Shown here one piece after another: positions 1-9,730 of a DNA stretch of 64,000 nucleotides (positions are counted from its first letter, which is position 1; the number at the start of each line of letters is the position of its first letter). The translations under genes and the position numbers were made by a program. The notes beneath the pieces were generated by a model that saw nothing but the letters and a program-made list of their open reading frames with translations, searched no databases and was not told the DNA's origin. Location of the stretch: positions 95,402-159,401 of the IMG/VR virus record IMGVR_UViG_3300033144_005525; one strand, given 5' to 3'. This DNA comes from a virus.

Positions 1-2
1 AG

Positions 3-839
3 GTCGGCAAGATCACCACACTGCCGACAGGCGGGAAGCCCTTGTCCTTCGTGGATGCTCCATCCCCCATAAAGAAGGAGGTGAAGGTTCAGTATGATCC
101 AGAGGAGCTGGTCGATGTTCTGAAGTTCCTCCTGGCTGTGGACATCTCAAGTTGCGGGCTACTCAAGTACAAAGGGGTTGTCTTCAACTGCGGTGAGATG
201 CTGACCACATGTGGCCACGTCATACACGTCCAGGAGAACATGCCCCACCTGACAGAGGAACCAATGCTGCTGGGCATGTATGGGGCAAAGAGCTTCTACA
301 AGGCCATGAAGGCTTTGGAGTCTTTCTGTGTTCGTGGGGTCTTCAAACAGAGAAAGAGTTCCCTGGGGACTCTGTACTTCGAGGCAGAGGACGAGAGTGG
401 AATAGACGTGCGTCTGTACAGCGCTCCACGCACCCAAACGGACAGGATGGGGGAGGTACGGGACACATTACCCATCACGGGGGACTCCATAACCTTCGTT
501 GTTCACGAGCCCTTCATCAAAGAAGTGGCCAAGCACATCTGCAAGAAGGACGAAGAAGATGCGTACCTACACCTAAAGACAGGAACGTCTCTGCACTACT
601 ACTCGGAGGGGCGGTCGTACAAAGGTGAGTTGCCGATGATCCGCTCTATGTCTAACCCGACTGACGTGGATCTTTGCATCTCTGCAAAGTACCTACTGGA
701 GGCATTAAATAGGTCCGACGCCACCGTGCAGTTCATCGTGCCACGTCCCAATAGCCTGTCCCCTATCTACGTGAACTGCAGAGAAGGGCGGTTTGCCATC
801 ATAGCTATTGTGGCTCCGAAGGAAGTGGATCCAGAATGA
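3..839 (+). CDS. Divergent DNA sliding clamp (DnaN/beta-clamp-like), 5' end probably outside the window
   Basis: The frame is open from nt 3. The C-terminus (LCISAKYLLEALNRS...SPIYV...AIIAIVAP) resembles the last domain of beta clamps (FN..YLLDAL...P...VIMP). Confidence 0.5.
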   Translation, partial: VGKITTLPTGGKPLSFVDAPSPIKKEVKVQYDPEELVDVLKFLLAVDISSCGLLKYKGVVFNCGEMLTTCGHVIHVQENMPHLTEEPMLLGMYGAKSFYKAMKALESFCVRGVFKQRKSSLGTLYFEAEDESGIDVRLYSAPRTQTDRMGEVRDTLPITGDSITFVVHEPFIKEVAKHICKKDEEDAYLHLKTGTSLHYYSEGRSYKGELPMIRSMSNPTDVDLCISAKYLLEALNRSDATVQFIVPRPNSLSPIYVNCREGRFAIIAIVAPKEVDPE

Positions 840-843
840 TGGC

Positions 844-921
844 ATGGACATCCTAGACAAGCTGGCGGACTGGTTCCTGGCTTTCCTCAGGCTCCTGGCC
901 CACCTAGTGGGTGGGGAGTAA
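844..921 (+). CDS. Possible 25-aa amphipathic peptide (MDILDKLADWFLAFLRLLAHLVGGE)
   Basis: ATG lies just after the clamp stop codon and the peptide has an amphipathic helix pattern; it is too short for the ORF track. Confidence 0.3.
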   Translation: MDILDKLADWFLAFLRLLAHLVGGE

Positions 922-950
922 CTCTTCAAGCGGCTTCGGCCGCTTCTTAG

Positions 951-1310
951 CTAGCTGGGGAGATTGAAATCTCCCGTGTCCTCTTCTTCGAAGTCCTTGC
1001 GTCTCCCGTTGTTGTTGGTGGGAGCTCGACGAGCATTTGGGAAGGCTTTGCTCTGCCACTTGAAGCAAAGATAGAAATTCCCAAGGATTAGAGCATTTGC
1101 TCCTGCAAGGATCCCGGCGATCCACTGCGGATCGTTACGTAGGAAAAGAAAAGTGCTCGCATTGGTGTAAATCGGAAACCCAACCAACCCACAGATAGCG
1201 AGACTCAAAGGAGCTCCTCGCCTACGCCAAGAGAGCCAGAAGTAAATTCCTACTGGCACCCATCCGACTACCAACACGGCGGTGATGGCTACAGCTATCC
1301 AGTTGAACAC
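951..1310 (-). CDS. Small membrane protein with about 3 TM helices
   Basis: Three hydrophobic stretches and a charged C-terminal tail; last gene of a tight three-gene cassette. Confidence 0.65.
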   Translation of the reverse strand: MFNWIAVAITAVLVVGWVPVGIYFWLSWRRRGAPLSLAICGLVGFPIYTNASTFLFLRNDPQWIAGILAGANALILGNFYLCFKWQSKAFPNARRAPTNNNGRRKDFEEEDTGDFNLPS

Positions 1311-1319
1311 TAGAACAGT

Positions 1320-1547
1320 TTACTTGATGGCCTTCAGAGCGGGAAATTCTCTCTCCAACTCTGTGGATGGCCTACCGTATTTGACCTTGTGCATTTCGTT
1401 TGCACACTCTGCCCCAACGGCTACATGACGTTCTGATTCGTCATGCCACTCTTTGCTGCGATGGCGGCTGCGGTACTCGTGGTAGATCAGGAGAGACAGG
1501 AGCACTACAACGGGAATCAGGGAGCCAAGAAGTTGCCACGGCATCAA
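1320..1547 (-). CDS. Small single-TM membrane protein
   Basis: N-terminal hydrophobic helix (LLGSLIPVVVLLSLLIY); start overlaps the upstream stop codon. Confidence 0.6.
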   Translation of the reverse strand: MMPWQLLGSLIPVVVLLSLLIYHEYRSRHRSKEWHDESERHVAVGAECANEMHKVKYGRPSTELEREFPALKAIK

Positions 1548-1774
1548 TCATCCTCCTGTGGATCTACTACACCGGATACTTCATCTACTATATGTGATGG
1601 AACGGCCACCCCGTTGTCGGAAGTTAGCACCTTTACCAGAACAGCAAGCACCACGTTAGTTCGCTTGTGTGCTTCGTAGATGAGGTCACTCTTCTTATCT
1701 TGCCTGTACATCAGCCACAGACAAACAAAGATCGGAAACCCTAGAGCCTGGATTATCTGAACAGCCGATTCCAT
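1544..1774 (-). CDS. Holin-like small membrane protein (YvrJ/BhlA-like N-terminus)
   Basis: IIQALGFPIFVCLWLMYRQDKK matches the 'GFPI...L...K' pattern of small phage holin-like proteins. Confidence 0.5.
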   Translation of the reverse strand: MESAVQIIQALGFPIFVCLWLMYRQDKKSDLIYEAHKRTNVVLAVLVKVLTSDNGVAVPSHIVDEVSGVVDPQEDD

Positions 1775-1784
1775 AACTCGTCCC

Positions 1785-1828
1785 CCAAAAAGAGTGGCCC
1801 GACCCGGGGGCTGGTCCGAGCCGGGCCG
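1785..1828 (-). terminator. Probable intrinsic terminator after the 444-aa gene
   Basis: GC-rich stem (ggcccgg...tcgggcc) followed by actcttttt on the minus strand. Confidence 0.5.
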
Positions 1829-1880
1829 GTTACCTTCGTGCCATCCGGGAGGTCCGAAGCGGCGGGAAGGTGACTGCCTA

Positions 1881-3215
1881 TCAAGGCATGAAGGCGCGAG
1901 CTAGAGCGACCTTCTCCTGAGCTGGAGCTGGCTGCCCCTGCTGCTGTTGTCCTTGCTGATCCTTCTGTTGATCTGCAGGACTCTTGGCGTTGGGTGAGTT
2001 CGGATTCGTGGGCTTGTTGAACGGCTGCGGGGTGTTCATGGCCTTGATGGCCTCGTCCAGAGTGGCCGAATCCGCCTTCTGCATCTCTGCGACGAACTTC
2101 TGCACCTGAGCAGGGTCGTTCATCTGAATACCTGTCTGCTGCTCGATCTCCTCGAGCTTCGGGGCCCAGCGAGCCATGGTCTCCGGATCCACGCTCGGGT
2201 CGACTTGCTGGATCTTCTGGTCGGGAGGCACTGGGGGCTGAGCTTCGCCCATTGGGCCAGACTCGGGGCCCATTCCACCAGCTTCGGGGCCCATGCCGCC
2301 CATGCCCATCTCTGAGCCTGCGTCCGGATGCCTGGCAGCCTCCACGAGCTCCATCATGTTGCCCTGGGCCGACGGAGGTGTCTGGGAAGGCGCCATGGGA
2401 GACGGCTTGTAGCGGTTGGCAGGAGACTGCTGGACGGCGGCTCCGGGCATGGGAGCCATCCCACCCTGAGCTGGGTCCGGGGGAGGCATGGCAGGCATAG
2501 CGGCGTCCTGAGCCCCTCCCATACCACCAGCCGCTGGGTTGCCTCCACCAGCACCCATCAAAGCAACCTTGACCAGCTCCAGGTCGGGCACCCAGTTGCG
2601 CTCAGCCAGCTTGCGGAGCACCAGATCCTGGATGTCAATGTGAAAAGAGCTAGCCGTCTTGACAAGCTCAGCTGGCCCATGACCCGCGGCACAAGAATAG
2701 AGAGACAGGGTGTCCTCGTCCAACCGGTGACCTGCAGCTACCTTCTGCAGGTCGTGGTCCAGGAGAGTGTAGAACCGGGCCTCTAGCAGAGCGTCATCTG
2801 CATTGAGGCCTAGTACTCCCGCCGCCTTGTGAAACACGGTCTCATCGACAGGAAGGCTGCCGCCCCAGCGAGAGAATACGGCAGTTGCTAGTTCTTGATC
2901 CATGATTCCAGCCCTCTTTTCCTTCTGGCTGATTCGTCCGGCTGCGAGTCCTGCTCCACCAGCTCCTACAGAACCTACAGCGATACCTTTACGGTAACCC
3001 TTGCCTATTCTGTACTTCTCATTACTCCAAGCATCCATCTGCTCCATCTTCTTCTTGATGGATGCTATCGCGGACGGATCGTTAGTAGCTGCCTCAACAC
3101 TCTCCCTCACACCGATGGGATGAGGCTTCTTGGCAGCTGGAGGAGGTGGACCAACTACTCGCTTTGCCTTGCCAACAACTGTTCGGAGACCTTGCGCGAA
3201 AGGTTTAATGTCCAT
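1881..3215 (-). CDS. Probable internal head protein with K-x-A motifs and a Pro/Gln/Met-rich region
   Basis: 444-aa ORF with EKRA, QKVA, VKTA, RKLA, VKVA and EKVA motifs and a low-complexity C-terminal half; lies next to the tail tube gene. Confidence 0.65.
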   Translation of the reverse strand: MDIKPFAQGLRTVVGKAKRVVGPPPPAAKKPHPIGVRESVEAATNDPSAIASIKKKMEQMDAWSNEKYRIGKGYRKGIAVGSVGAGGAGLAAGRISQKEKRAGIMDQELATAVFSRWGGSLPVDETVFHKAAGVLGLNADDALLEARFYTLLDHDLQKVAAGHRLDEDTLSLYSCAAGHGPAELVKTASSFHIDIQDLVLRKLAERNWVPDLELVKVALMGAGGGNPAAGGMGGAQDAAMPAMPPPDPAQGGMAPMPGAAVQQSPANRYKPSPMAPSQTPPSAQGNMMELVEAARHPDAGSEMGMGGMGPEAGGMGPESGPMGEAQPPVPPDQKIQQVDPSVDPETMARWAPKLEEIEQQTGIQMNDPAQVQKFVAEMQKADSATLDEAIKAMNTPQPFNKPTNPNSPNAKSPADQQKDQQGQQQQGQPAPAQEKVALARAFMP

Positions 3216-3284
3216 CGATTCCAGCCCCTTGCAGGTAGTGAGTTACTAAATTAGTACCAACTAGTAACTAATTAGTAATCGGAC

Positions 3285-4004
3285 CTAGAAGCCCGAGACG
3301 GGGTTGAAGTCACCGCTGACGAGAGCCAGCGAGCTCACTGCGACCGGAACACCACGCTCGAACTGCATGGCAGCGTTCTCCTGGATCACAGTCCCGCCGG
3401 CGTCGGTGGCGATGGTGTGGGAGGGGATGTAGGCCTCTTCCAGGTAGATGGCCCCAACCGTGTCCTCGTTGGTGTCCCGGAAGTACATCAGGAGGCCGAT
3501 CGGCTGAGAGAACAGGTCCGAAGCGAGGTTCAGGAAGATGTTCTCGTAGCCTGCCGGGATCTTGACGTTGTGTGGGTTGGCGACAGTCGCCGGCGCCACG
3601 TTCTGGAAGACGAACGGGACGATGGTGGGCGGAAGGAGGTCCTGGTAGTAGGCGTAGAGCATCCGGAGGAGACTCGGCCCGTGATACATGACCCTGGACA
3701 GGGACACCTGGCCGACTGTACGACCAGAGATGAAGTAGGACCGCTCCGACCCAACTTCCCAGAACCGAGCAAACGACCGGTTGTGGGAGAGGTTGATGTT
3801 CTGGACCACGCCGATGGGCATGGCGAAGTCTTTGCCTGAGCCCTCCACCGACAGTGCTGCCGCAACCCCTGTAGCACCGCCTACATTGGCCAACCGAGGA
3901 GGCCCGGCTGCCAACATGGTGAATGCGGCGGACATGAACTGACCGTCCACCAGACCGCCTTGAACGTAGCGGTTGTATGGCTGCCATTCGCTGAGCTTTG
4001 CCAT
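3285..4004 (-). CDS. Tail tube protein
   Basis: Directly downstream of the sheath; PIGVVQNINLS...FWEVGSERSYFISGRTVGQVSLSR is typical of myovirus tube proteins. Confidence 0.8.
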   Translation of the reverse strand: MAKLSEWQPYNRYVQGGLVDGQFMSAAFTMLAAGPPRLANVGGATGVAAALSVEGSGKDFAMPIGVVQNINLSHNRSFARFWEVGSERSYFISGRTVGQVSLSRVMYHGPSLLRMLYAYYQDLLPPTIVPFVFQNVAPATVANPHNVKIPAGYENIFLNLASDLFSQPIGLLMYFRDTNEDTVGAIYLEEAYIPSHTIATDAGGTVIQENAAMQFERGVPVAVSSLALVSGDFNPVSGF

Positions 4005-4023
4005 TGCTTGTCTCCTTCGGGCC

Positions 4024-7000
4024 TCAGATGACCAGAGTCAGTCGGATGTAGTTTGCCGGGAATGGGACATCCAAGGTCACGTCGACCAGCACGGTGTCCG
4101 GATTGTCTCGGTCCTGGATGAGGTTGTTCAGATCACCTCCCAGGATAACACCACCCTCAGTGAGGAACTGCAGCATTCCCTGAATGACCGTCGAGAGGGT
4201 GTCCAGGAAGGGCTGGGTGATGTTGAACGTACCGATGAAGTTCCGCAGACCTGTCCGCATGAACTTCGCCACGAAATCGACCACCTTGGTGATCGACAGC
4301 TCTCGGGACTCGATGGACGTGATGTCCGTGGAGAGCTGGTGCCGGCTGATGAGAGGGGTGCCGTCGGCATCCTGCATCAGGACGTAGGTGCCACCGGCCG
4401 CCATGATGTTGAGCTGGCGGACGGAGAACGTGTCGTTGGAGCCCTGGACCCCGGTGAACCCGGTCATGGGCAGGTTGGTGAAGCCCTGCTGTGGGGGATT
4501 GAATGCGATCATCCCCGACATGGCTGCACAGGCGTAGTAGGCGTCGATGACCTCATCGAGCCCACTGAGGGAGGCGATGACAGTATCCGGGAAGACCGAG
4601 AAGACCCTCCGGTTCTGGATTCCACCATTCCTGGCAGCAACGCTCGAGGCGACAGCATCCTTGTCCTGGAGCGTAGAGCCGGCGATGAGCAGCTGAGCAC
4701 CACGGACCTTCAGGGACCAGTCCGCATTCAGCACCGTCTCCGTGAGCGGAGTGAGGGTGTAGAAGGCGTCATCGTTGAAGCCCGAGGAGAACGAGACCCT
4801 GAGTGTGGCCAGAGACCCACTGAACGCGGCGACGCTGTACCGACGCAAGGAGCCCGACACAGTGACTTCGATGAACAGGTTTTCGTCTTCGTCGATGGCT
4901 TCGGCCGGGTTGATGCCATTCTCGACCAGAGACGATGACGGATTGACATCCAGCAGAAGCTGGTTGTCCGTGGCTGTGGAGTCCGAGGACAGGCCTGAGG
5001 AGACCACAGTATCGACGGCACGATCTGGGACCGTCGGGTTCTGGAGGAGGATCCTCTCACCCTTCTGATCTGCCCCCGACATGAAGTCGATGTGAGTGCG
5101 GAAGATCTGGAAGACCGTCTCATCGTGCGTGAGAGGCGCAATGGCGTAGACCTCTTGGCTCTCGATGAAGTTGGTGACCTCTGCGTACCCGATTGCTGTT
5201 CCTTCCGGAGCAGCCGCAGTGGCCTCACCCACACCCAGGCCCTTGCAGGCAATTCCTGGAGCGTTGATGAGCTGGAAGAACATCGCCAGACCCAGCGGGT
5301 TGCCCGAATTGATCGGATTGAGAACCGACTGGAGGGTAGTGACGTCACTCAGGGTGATGACTCCCGGAGCGGCTGCACGAGGGGACACATCCAGACGAAG
5401 GGCCGTGTACTGGATGTAGACGTCTGCATCACCGGGACCAAATGGGTCACCTGTGACTGCACTGCGCAGGATCTCCGCACCCACCAGGGCATTGCCCGAC
5501 TGGTCGATCTGGAAGTCTGCGTTGGGACGACCGGAACCGCTGTCGTCCATGTTGCCTGTCGAGAGACCCAAGGCAGAGTATGCCTGGATGTTCACAGTGT
5601 CGTCGATGACCTCGACCCTCGAAGCAGCCCCCTCGAGCGGACTGGTGAGGACCATCCTGTCAAGTAGACCGCCGCCAATGGCGGCCACAGTGAAGCCAAC
5701 AGTGGCGTTGATCTCATCAACAGCGTCATCGAGAGAGTCACTGGTGAACACGACCGTGTAGATCTGGGGACGGTCGTTGAAGCGGAGCTTGAGGATCTGA
5801 GCGGCCAGATTCTCCTCACCGAGGTCCTCGTCCAAAGAGACGAACAGAATATCGGCGTCGTCTACAACCCCAATCGCCGTGGAGGCAGCTCCGATTCGGA
5901 TACCGACCAATGAACCAGAGGCAACAGTGGTGAAGACGAGCTTGTCTACGTTGTTGCTGACGAGGAACGTGGTGGGTAGCGTAGCTCCGTCCCAGTCGGC
6001 GGCGGTGTTGATAGCTGCCAACAGAGTTGCGATGTCTGCGTAGGCTGAGCCGGTGGTGGAGAACGTGAAGGTACGTGTACCAGCCGTCCATGTGACTCCA
6101 CCATCATTGGTCTGCTCAATGACGATGGTTTCGCCAGTGGTCTCGTTGAACGGGAACATCTGCGTGCCACCAGTAATGGCAGCGACGATATCGACGAACT
6201 CGACATCTGAGCCTGTGTCGGAGGCAGCAGCGATCCCCAGAGCAGTGAGTGCAGTGGACGAGGCCTTCAGCTGCAGAACGTGGGAGGCACCAGTGGTATC
6301 CACCGTGAGGCGAAGCTCTCCACCGTCATCCGTGGGAACCACACCAGCGATGTTGGTTCCGATGGCCGATACCACATCGGACATGGCGGCAAAGGGACCA
6401 CCGGTGAAGGTGAATGTGTCCTCACCCTGAGACACACCGTCGATCGTGACCTCGGTGATGAGAGTGAGTCCGGCCAGGGCGAACGGACCACCAGGAGACG
6501 TGGTGCCAACAAGAGTAGCTGCAGTCGCTACTTCTCCACCGATGGAACCTGTGAGTGTGGCTGCAGTCGCTGCGACGTTGTCTTCAGCGATGTTCCGGGC
6601 CTTGAACCAGCCGTAGCGGGGGGCGAACGGAACTCCTGCGAAGAGGGTGTTGAGGTCGCTGTCGTCGTAGACCGCCGTGAGGACGTTGCCATCATCATCG
6701 AAGGTGGACAGGGACGTGTTGATGATGCCGAGCTTGAAGCGACTGGCCTCGACACGCTGAACCTCTGCTGTCGAGTTGGGTCGGGTACCGTCTGCAACGT
6801 AGTAGTCCCCTACCTGAAGATCGATGGACCCAGCACCCGTGAAGATGATGTCCGCAGCGACTGCCTCTGCGTAGAGGTCTGCACTGTTGGAGTCCAGGCC
6901 AATCTGACCGAAGGACATCTCGGTGGTTCCGGACGTCAGGAACGACGCAGATACCGAGTCCTCGAGGTAGACGCCCTGGCTGAAGACGATGAAGGGGGAC

Positions 7001-7737
7001 AGCGTGGTGTTGTTGGACTGGTCTTCCGGGTGGAAGCCTGCGGCCGTGACCCGGTACTCGACGCTATCGCTGATTGCACCGAGGTCCGTGTTGGCAGAAC
7101 CACCAGGACGGACAGTCACCGAAGATGAAGCCCCCCAGATCAGGGAAGCGATCTGTACTCGATCGACGGCTCCGTTGTTGATGAGAGTCGCAACGGTTGA
7201 ACCAACTGCGGCGTTGATTTGGTCGGCGATCTGCTGTGCAGTGAGGAAACCACCACCCACTGTAGCGAACGTGACGATGACATCGTCCGACGTGTTCAGT
7301 GGTGCACGCTCATCGATAGCGAAGACGAGGATCTTGCCATCCAGGTCCAGACCAGCACCGCTGATCTCCAACGTGCGGAAAGCAGCCCGACGTGCTTCGT
7401 TGTGGGCTGTGAGGAAAGCAGAACCAGGATCTCTGTCGAGCTCCGACAGCGAACCGCCAAACAGAAGGGCCAGACGAATCGTGGCCTCTTCGACATCGAC
7501 TTCCTGGATGTTCCCTCGAGGGGACGGGAAGGCACTCTGCCCGATGGTCTGTGGGAGCTGGTTGTAAGCCCCCTGTCGAGCATCTGTGTTGATGAGACCA
7601 TCGGAGTCTACGAACTCCACGATCTCTTTTGCCGGGCCAGTGACGAAAGGAACCAGGGTGGGCTGAACGATTGTCGGGGCGGCTGCCTCGAATTCCTGGA
7701 TGACTTGTACGCCTGGACGTGGAAGCTCGGCTGCCAT
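4024..7737 (-). CDS. Contractile tail sheath protein with several inserted domains
   Basis: N-terminal RPGVQVIQE and C-terminal RHQLSTD...RELSITKVVDF...VDVTLDVPFPANYIRLTL are sheath hallmarks; 1237 aa, acidic and beta-rich. Confidence 0.9.
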   Translation of the reverse strand: MAAELPRPGVQVIQEFEAAAPTIVQPTLVPFVTGPAKEIVEFVDSDGLINTDARQGAYNQLPQTIGQSAFPSPRGNIQEVDVEEATIRLALLFGGSLSELDRDPGSAFLTAHNEARRAAFRTLEISGAGLDLDGKILVFAIDERAPLNTSDDVIVTFATVGGGFLTAQQIADQINAAVGSTVATLINNGAVDRVQIASLIWGASSSVTVRPGGSANTDLGAISDSVEYRVTAAGFHPEDQSNNTTLSPFIVFSQGVYLEDSVSASFLTSGTTEMSFGQIGLDSNSADLYAEAVAADIIFTGAGSIDLQVGDYYVADGTRPNSTAEVQRVEASRFKLGIINTSLSTFDDDGNVLTAVYDDSDLNTLFAGVPFAPRYGWFKARNIAEDNVAATAATLTGSIGGEVATAATLVGTTSPGGPFALAGLTLITEVTIDGVSQGEDTFTFTGGPFAAMSDVVSAIGTNIAGVVPTDDGGELRLTVDTTGASHVLQLKASSTALTALGIAAASDTGSDVEFVDIVAAITGGTQMFPFNETTGETIVIEQTNDGGVTWTAGTRTFTFSTTGSAYADIATLLAAINTAADWDGATLPTTFLVSNNVDKLVFTTVASGSLVGIRIGAASTAIGVVDDADILFVSLDEDLGEENLAAQILKLRFNDRPQIYTVVFTSDSLDDAVDEINATVGFTVAAIGGGLLDRMVLTSPLEGAASRVEVIDDTVNIQAYSALGLSTGNMDDSGSGRPNADFQIDQSGNALVGAEILRSAVTGDPFGPGDADVYIQYTALRLDVSPRAAAPGVITLSDVTTLQSVLNPINSGNPLGLAMFFQLINAPGIACKGLGVGEATAAAPEGTAIGYAEVTNFIESQEVYAIAPLTHDETVFQIFRTHIDFMSGADQKGERILLQNPTVPDRAVDTVVSSGLSSDSTATDNQLLLDVNPSSSLVENGINPAEAIDEDENLFIEVTVSGSLRRYSVAAFSGSLATLRVSFSSGFNDDAFYTLTPLTETVLNADWSLKVRGAQLLIAGSTLQDKDAVASSVAARNGGIQNRRVFSVFPDTVIASLSGLDEVIDAYYACAAMSGMIAFNPPQQGFTNLPMTGFTGVQGSNDTFSVRQLNIMAAGGTYVLMQDADGTPLISRHQLSTDITSIESRELSITKVVDFVAKFMRTGLRNFIGTFNITQPFLDTLSTVIQGMLQFLTEGGVILGGDLNNLIQDRDNPDTVLVDVTLDVPFPANYIRLTLVI

Positions 7738-7747
7738 GGTTCTTCTC

Positions 7748-8533
7748 CTAGGTCTTCACCGTGATATCGATTGTACCGACGGGCTCCGGTGTAGTTCCAT
7801 CTATAGGCACAGAGGTACCAGCTATGGGAACACCTCTGATGGTGGGTATTTTCGAATAGACCTCTCTCACTCGAGCTGAGGTGATGTGTGCCTCTTGAGC
7901 AGAGATCTCCAAAGACATATGTGCTTCGATTCCCTGCACTAACGGGGCATTCGTAGCAACAATTCTCTCAGTCCATTGAAAGAAAAATGGGCTGGCCACT
8001 ACCACATTAACCAGCTCAGAGTCGGCTTCTGGATTCACCAAAGCTCCGGGAGGGGACTCTGAACTGATGGAGATTTCGTCTCCGATCTTGTGAATACGGT
8101 TTCTCTGCAACAGACGTTTGAACGTCCGGATGTGCCGCATCACGATCCAGGCGACTTTCTGAGCCTCCAGACCTTCCCTAGCCATGCAGTTGATGGTCAT
8201 CGTGCATGGGATGAGATCGGTATGTTCTCTCTGCCCAGTGCTCCCATTGACCGAACGTACGTTGTCCAGAGATAGATTGGCGAATTGTGCAGGACCTCTA
8301 GTGACTACGATGGCAGGACGCTGATCGATAGTGTCTCGAGGGATCGGCGCCTGCGCCGTAATCATAATCTCAGAGTCCACCTCGTTGGTGTCCCATCGAT
8401 AACACCCAGAGGGGAACTGCTGGAAGAGTCCCTGTAGGAACAGTAAGTACACCTTCGTGAAGTGCAGGAAGGGGTCTTCTCCTATTCCTTGTGGGAGAGG
8501 AACTCCTGGTGGTGCACTTCGTTCAGCGGTCAT
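7748..8533 (-). CDS. Neck or tail-terminator-like protein
   Basis: Immediately upstream of the sheath; RPAIVVTRG and TINCMAREGLEAQKVA patterns fit tail-completion proteins. Confidence 0.55.
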   Translation of the reverse strand: MTAERSAPPGVPLPQGIGEDPFLHFTKVYLLFLQGLFQQFPSGCYRWDTNEVDSEIMITAQAPIPRDTIDQRPAIVVTRGPAQFANLSLDNVRSVNGSTGQREHTDLIPCTMTINCMAREGLEAQKVAWIVMRHIRTFKRLLQRNRIHKIGDEISISSESPPGALVNPEADSELVNVVVASPFFFQWTERIVATNAPLVQGIEAHMSLEISAQEAHITSARVREVYSKIPTIRGVPIAGTSVPIDGTTPEPVGTIDITVKT

Positions 8534-8874
8534 TGGGGAGATTTGGCAGAAAGGCCTTCATCGACCTTCTTCCTGTACTTGCTCCCAAGTATCGCAGCAA
8601 GACCCCCAGCTATGGGAAGACCCCATCGAACAAGCCGTAACTTTGAGGTTGTGATAGGTGGTTTGGCTCGCATAAAGCGGTTCAAACCTTTGTGCCGCAT
8701 CAGCAGTTCAGAAGCCCCGACGCCGACGCCTGTACCTAAAGCAGCAGGCCCTACGGTCTTCAAAGCACGGAGCACTCGCTGTTTGTTGGACTCCCCCTCG
8801 GCCGCGGCGCCGATCTTGGAGAGCTCATCCAACAGTGCCGCGGGGGCGGTATCCGTAGACAGCCAAGAGGGCAT
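8530..8874 (-). CDS. Small basic protein with two hydrophobic Gly-rich segments and a DELSKIG leader motif
   Basis: GGAG 8 nt upstream supports the ATG at 8874 (the ORF track starts at 8934); LLDELSKIG resembles the motif shared by other head-region proteins. Confidence 0.55.
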   Translation of the reverse strand: MPSWLSTDTAPAALLDELSKIGAAAEGESNKQRVLRALKTVGPAALGTGVGVGASELLMRHKGLNRFMRAKPPITTSKLRLVRWGLPIAGGLAAILGSKYRKKVDEGLSAKSPQ

Positions 8875-9727
8875 TTTCGTCTTCTCCATGATCATCGGTG
8901 TGTTGAGGATTGGTGAAGTTGCGCTCTTCTGCAAACTGTTGATTCGCCAGATCCGTCAAGTTGATGGGGAGCTTGTACTCTACATCGCCTTTCGGGATGT
9001 GGTGAATAGAGAGCTCTTGTCGTACCACCGAACGTAGTCTCTCCGTACCCGACCTTGTCACCACCCTCCATCTCTTGTTCTCCGGCTCTACGATGATGTC
9101 TTTGGGCTTGATCGGAGGATAGGAGATGAGACGAGCAGAGGTGTTCTTCGGCTGCTGCTCTCCCTTGATGGCAGTATTCGATGGAGAATCCGGCTCTGGA
9201 TCGATCTGGATGTAAGTCTCAATGGGAGAGAGGAACCCACCGAGATAGCCAGTGTCGAAGCATGTGATGCACATCGACCTAGTTCTTCGATTCATCGTGA
9301 CGTCGAAGCAACCACACTTAGGACCAAAGGTACGAACAGGAAACAGCCAACACCTACGTCCGATGAGTTGCCGGAAGAGGACATCCTCTTGTCGTTGAAT
9401 CTCCAGAGAGATTAGGTCAGGCTCCGCCATCAGAGAGGCGGCTCCGATGACCTCCTCACTACTGGTTGGGATGTGGACGATCTTCAGCTTGTAGAAGATC
9501 TTGCGCCACTTGTGGAGCAAGTTGACACTGAAGTCACGGAACGAGTACTGGTCCTGAAAAGGCCCGGCGATCTGATCAAAGGGACCTTCAGGAGACTCGG
9601 ATCGTAGAACGAAGAAGTTGTAGGCCGTGATGACGTCCTGAGCATCACCGAAGTCGGAGATTTCCCAGAACAGATCGATGTGGTCCAGGTCGAAGCTTCG
9701 AGCTACGAACTTTGTGACCGTGAGCAT
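8825..9727 (-). CDS. Head-tail joining (neck) protein with a Zn-finger insertion
   Basis: FN3-like N-terminus, CGC...CITCFDTG motif, and position between head and tail genes. Confidence 0.6.
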   Translation of the reverse strand: MLTVTKFVARSFDLDHIDLFWEISDFGDAQDVITAYNFFVLRSESPEGPFDQIAGPFQDQYSFRDFSVNLLHKWRKIFYKLKIVHIPTSSEEVIGAASLMAEPDLISLEIQRQEDVLFRQLIGRRCWLFPVRTFGPKCGCFDVTMNRRTRSMCITCFDTGYLGGFLSPIETYIQIDPEPDSPSNTAIKGEQQPKNTSARLISYPPIKPKDIIVEPENKRWRVVTRSGTERLRSVVRQELSIHHIPKGDVEYKLPINLTDLANQQFAEERNFTNPQHTDDHGEDENALLAVYGYRPRGTVG

Positions 9728-9730
9728 GTT

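Noticed and set aside
3285-8533. Contractile injection system or tailocin instead of a phage
   Set aside because: Capsid, portal, terminase, protease and replication genes are all present in the same window.
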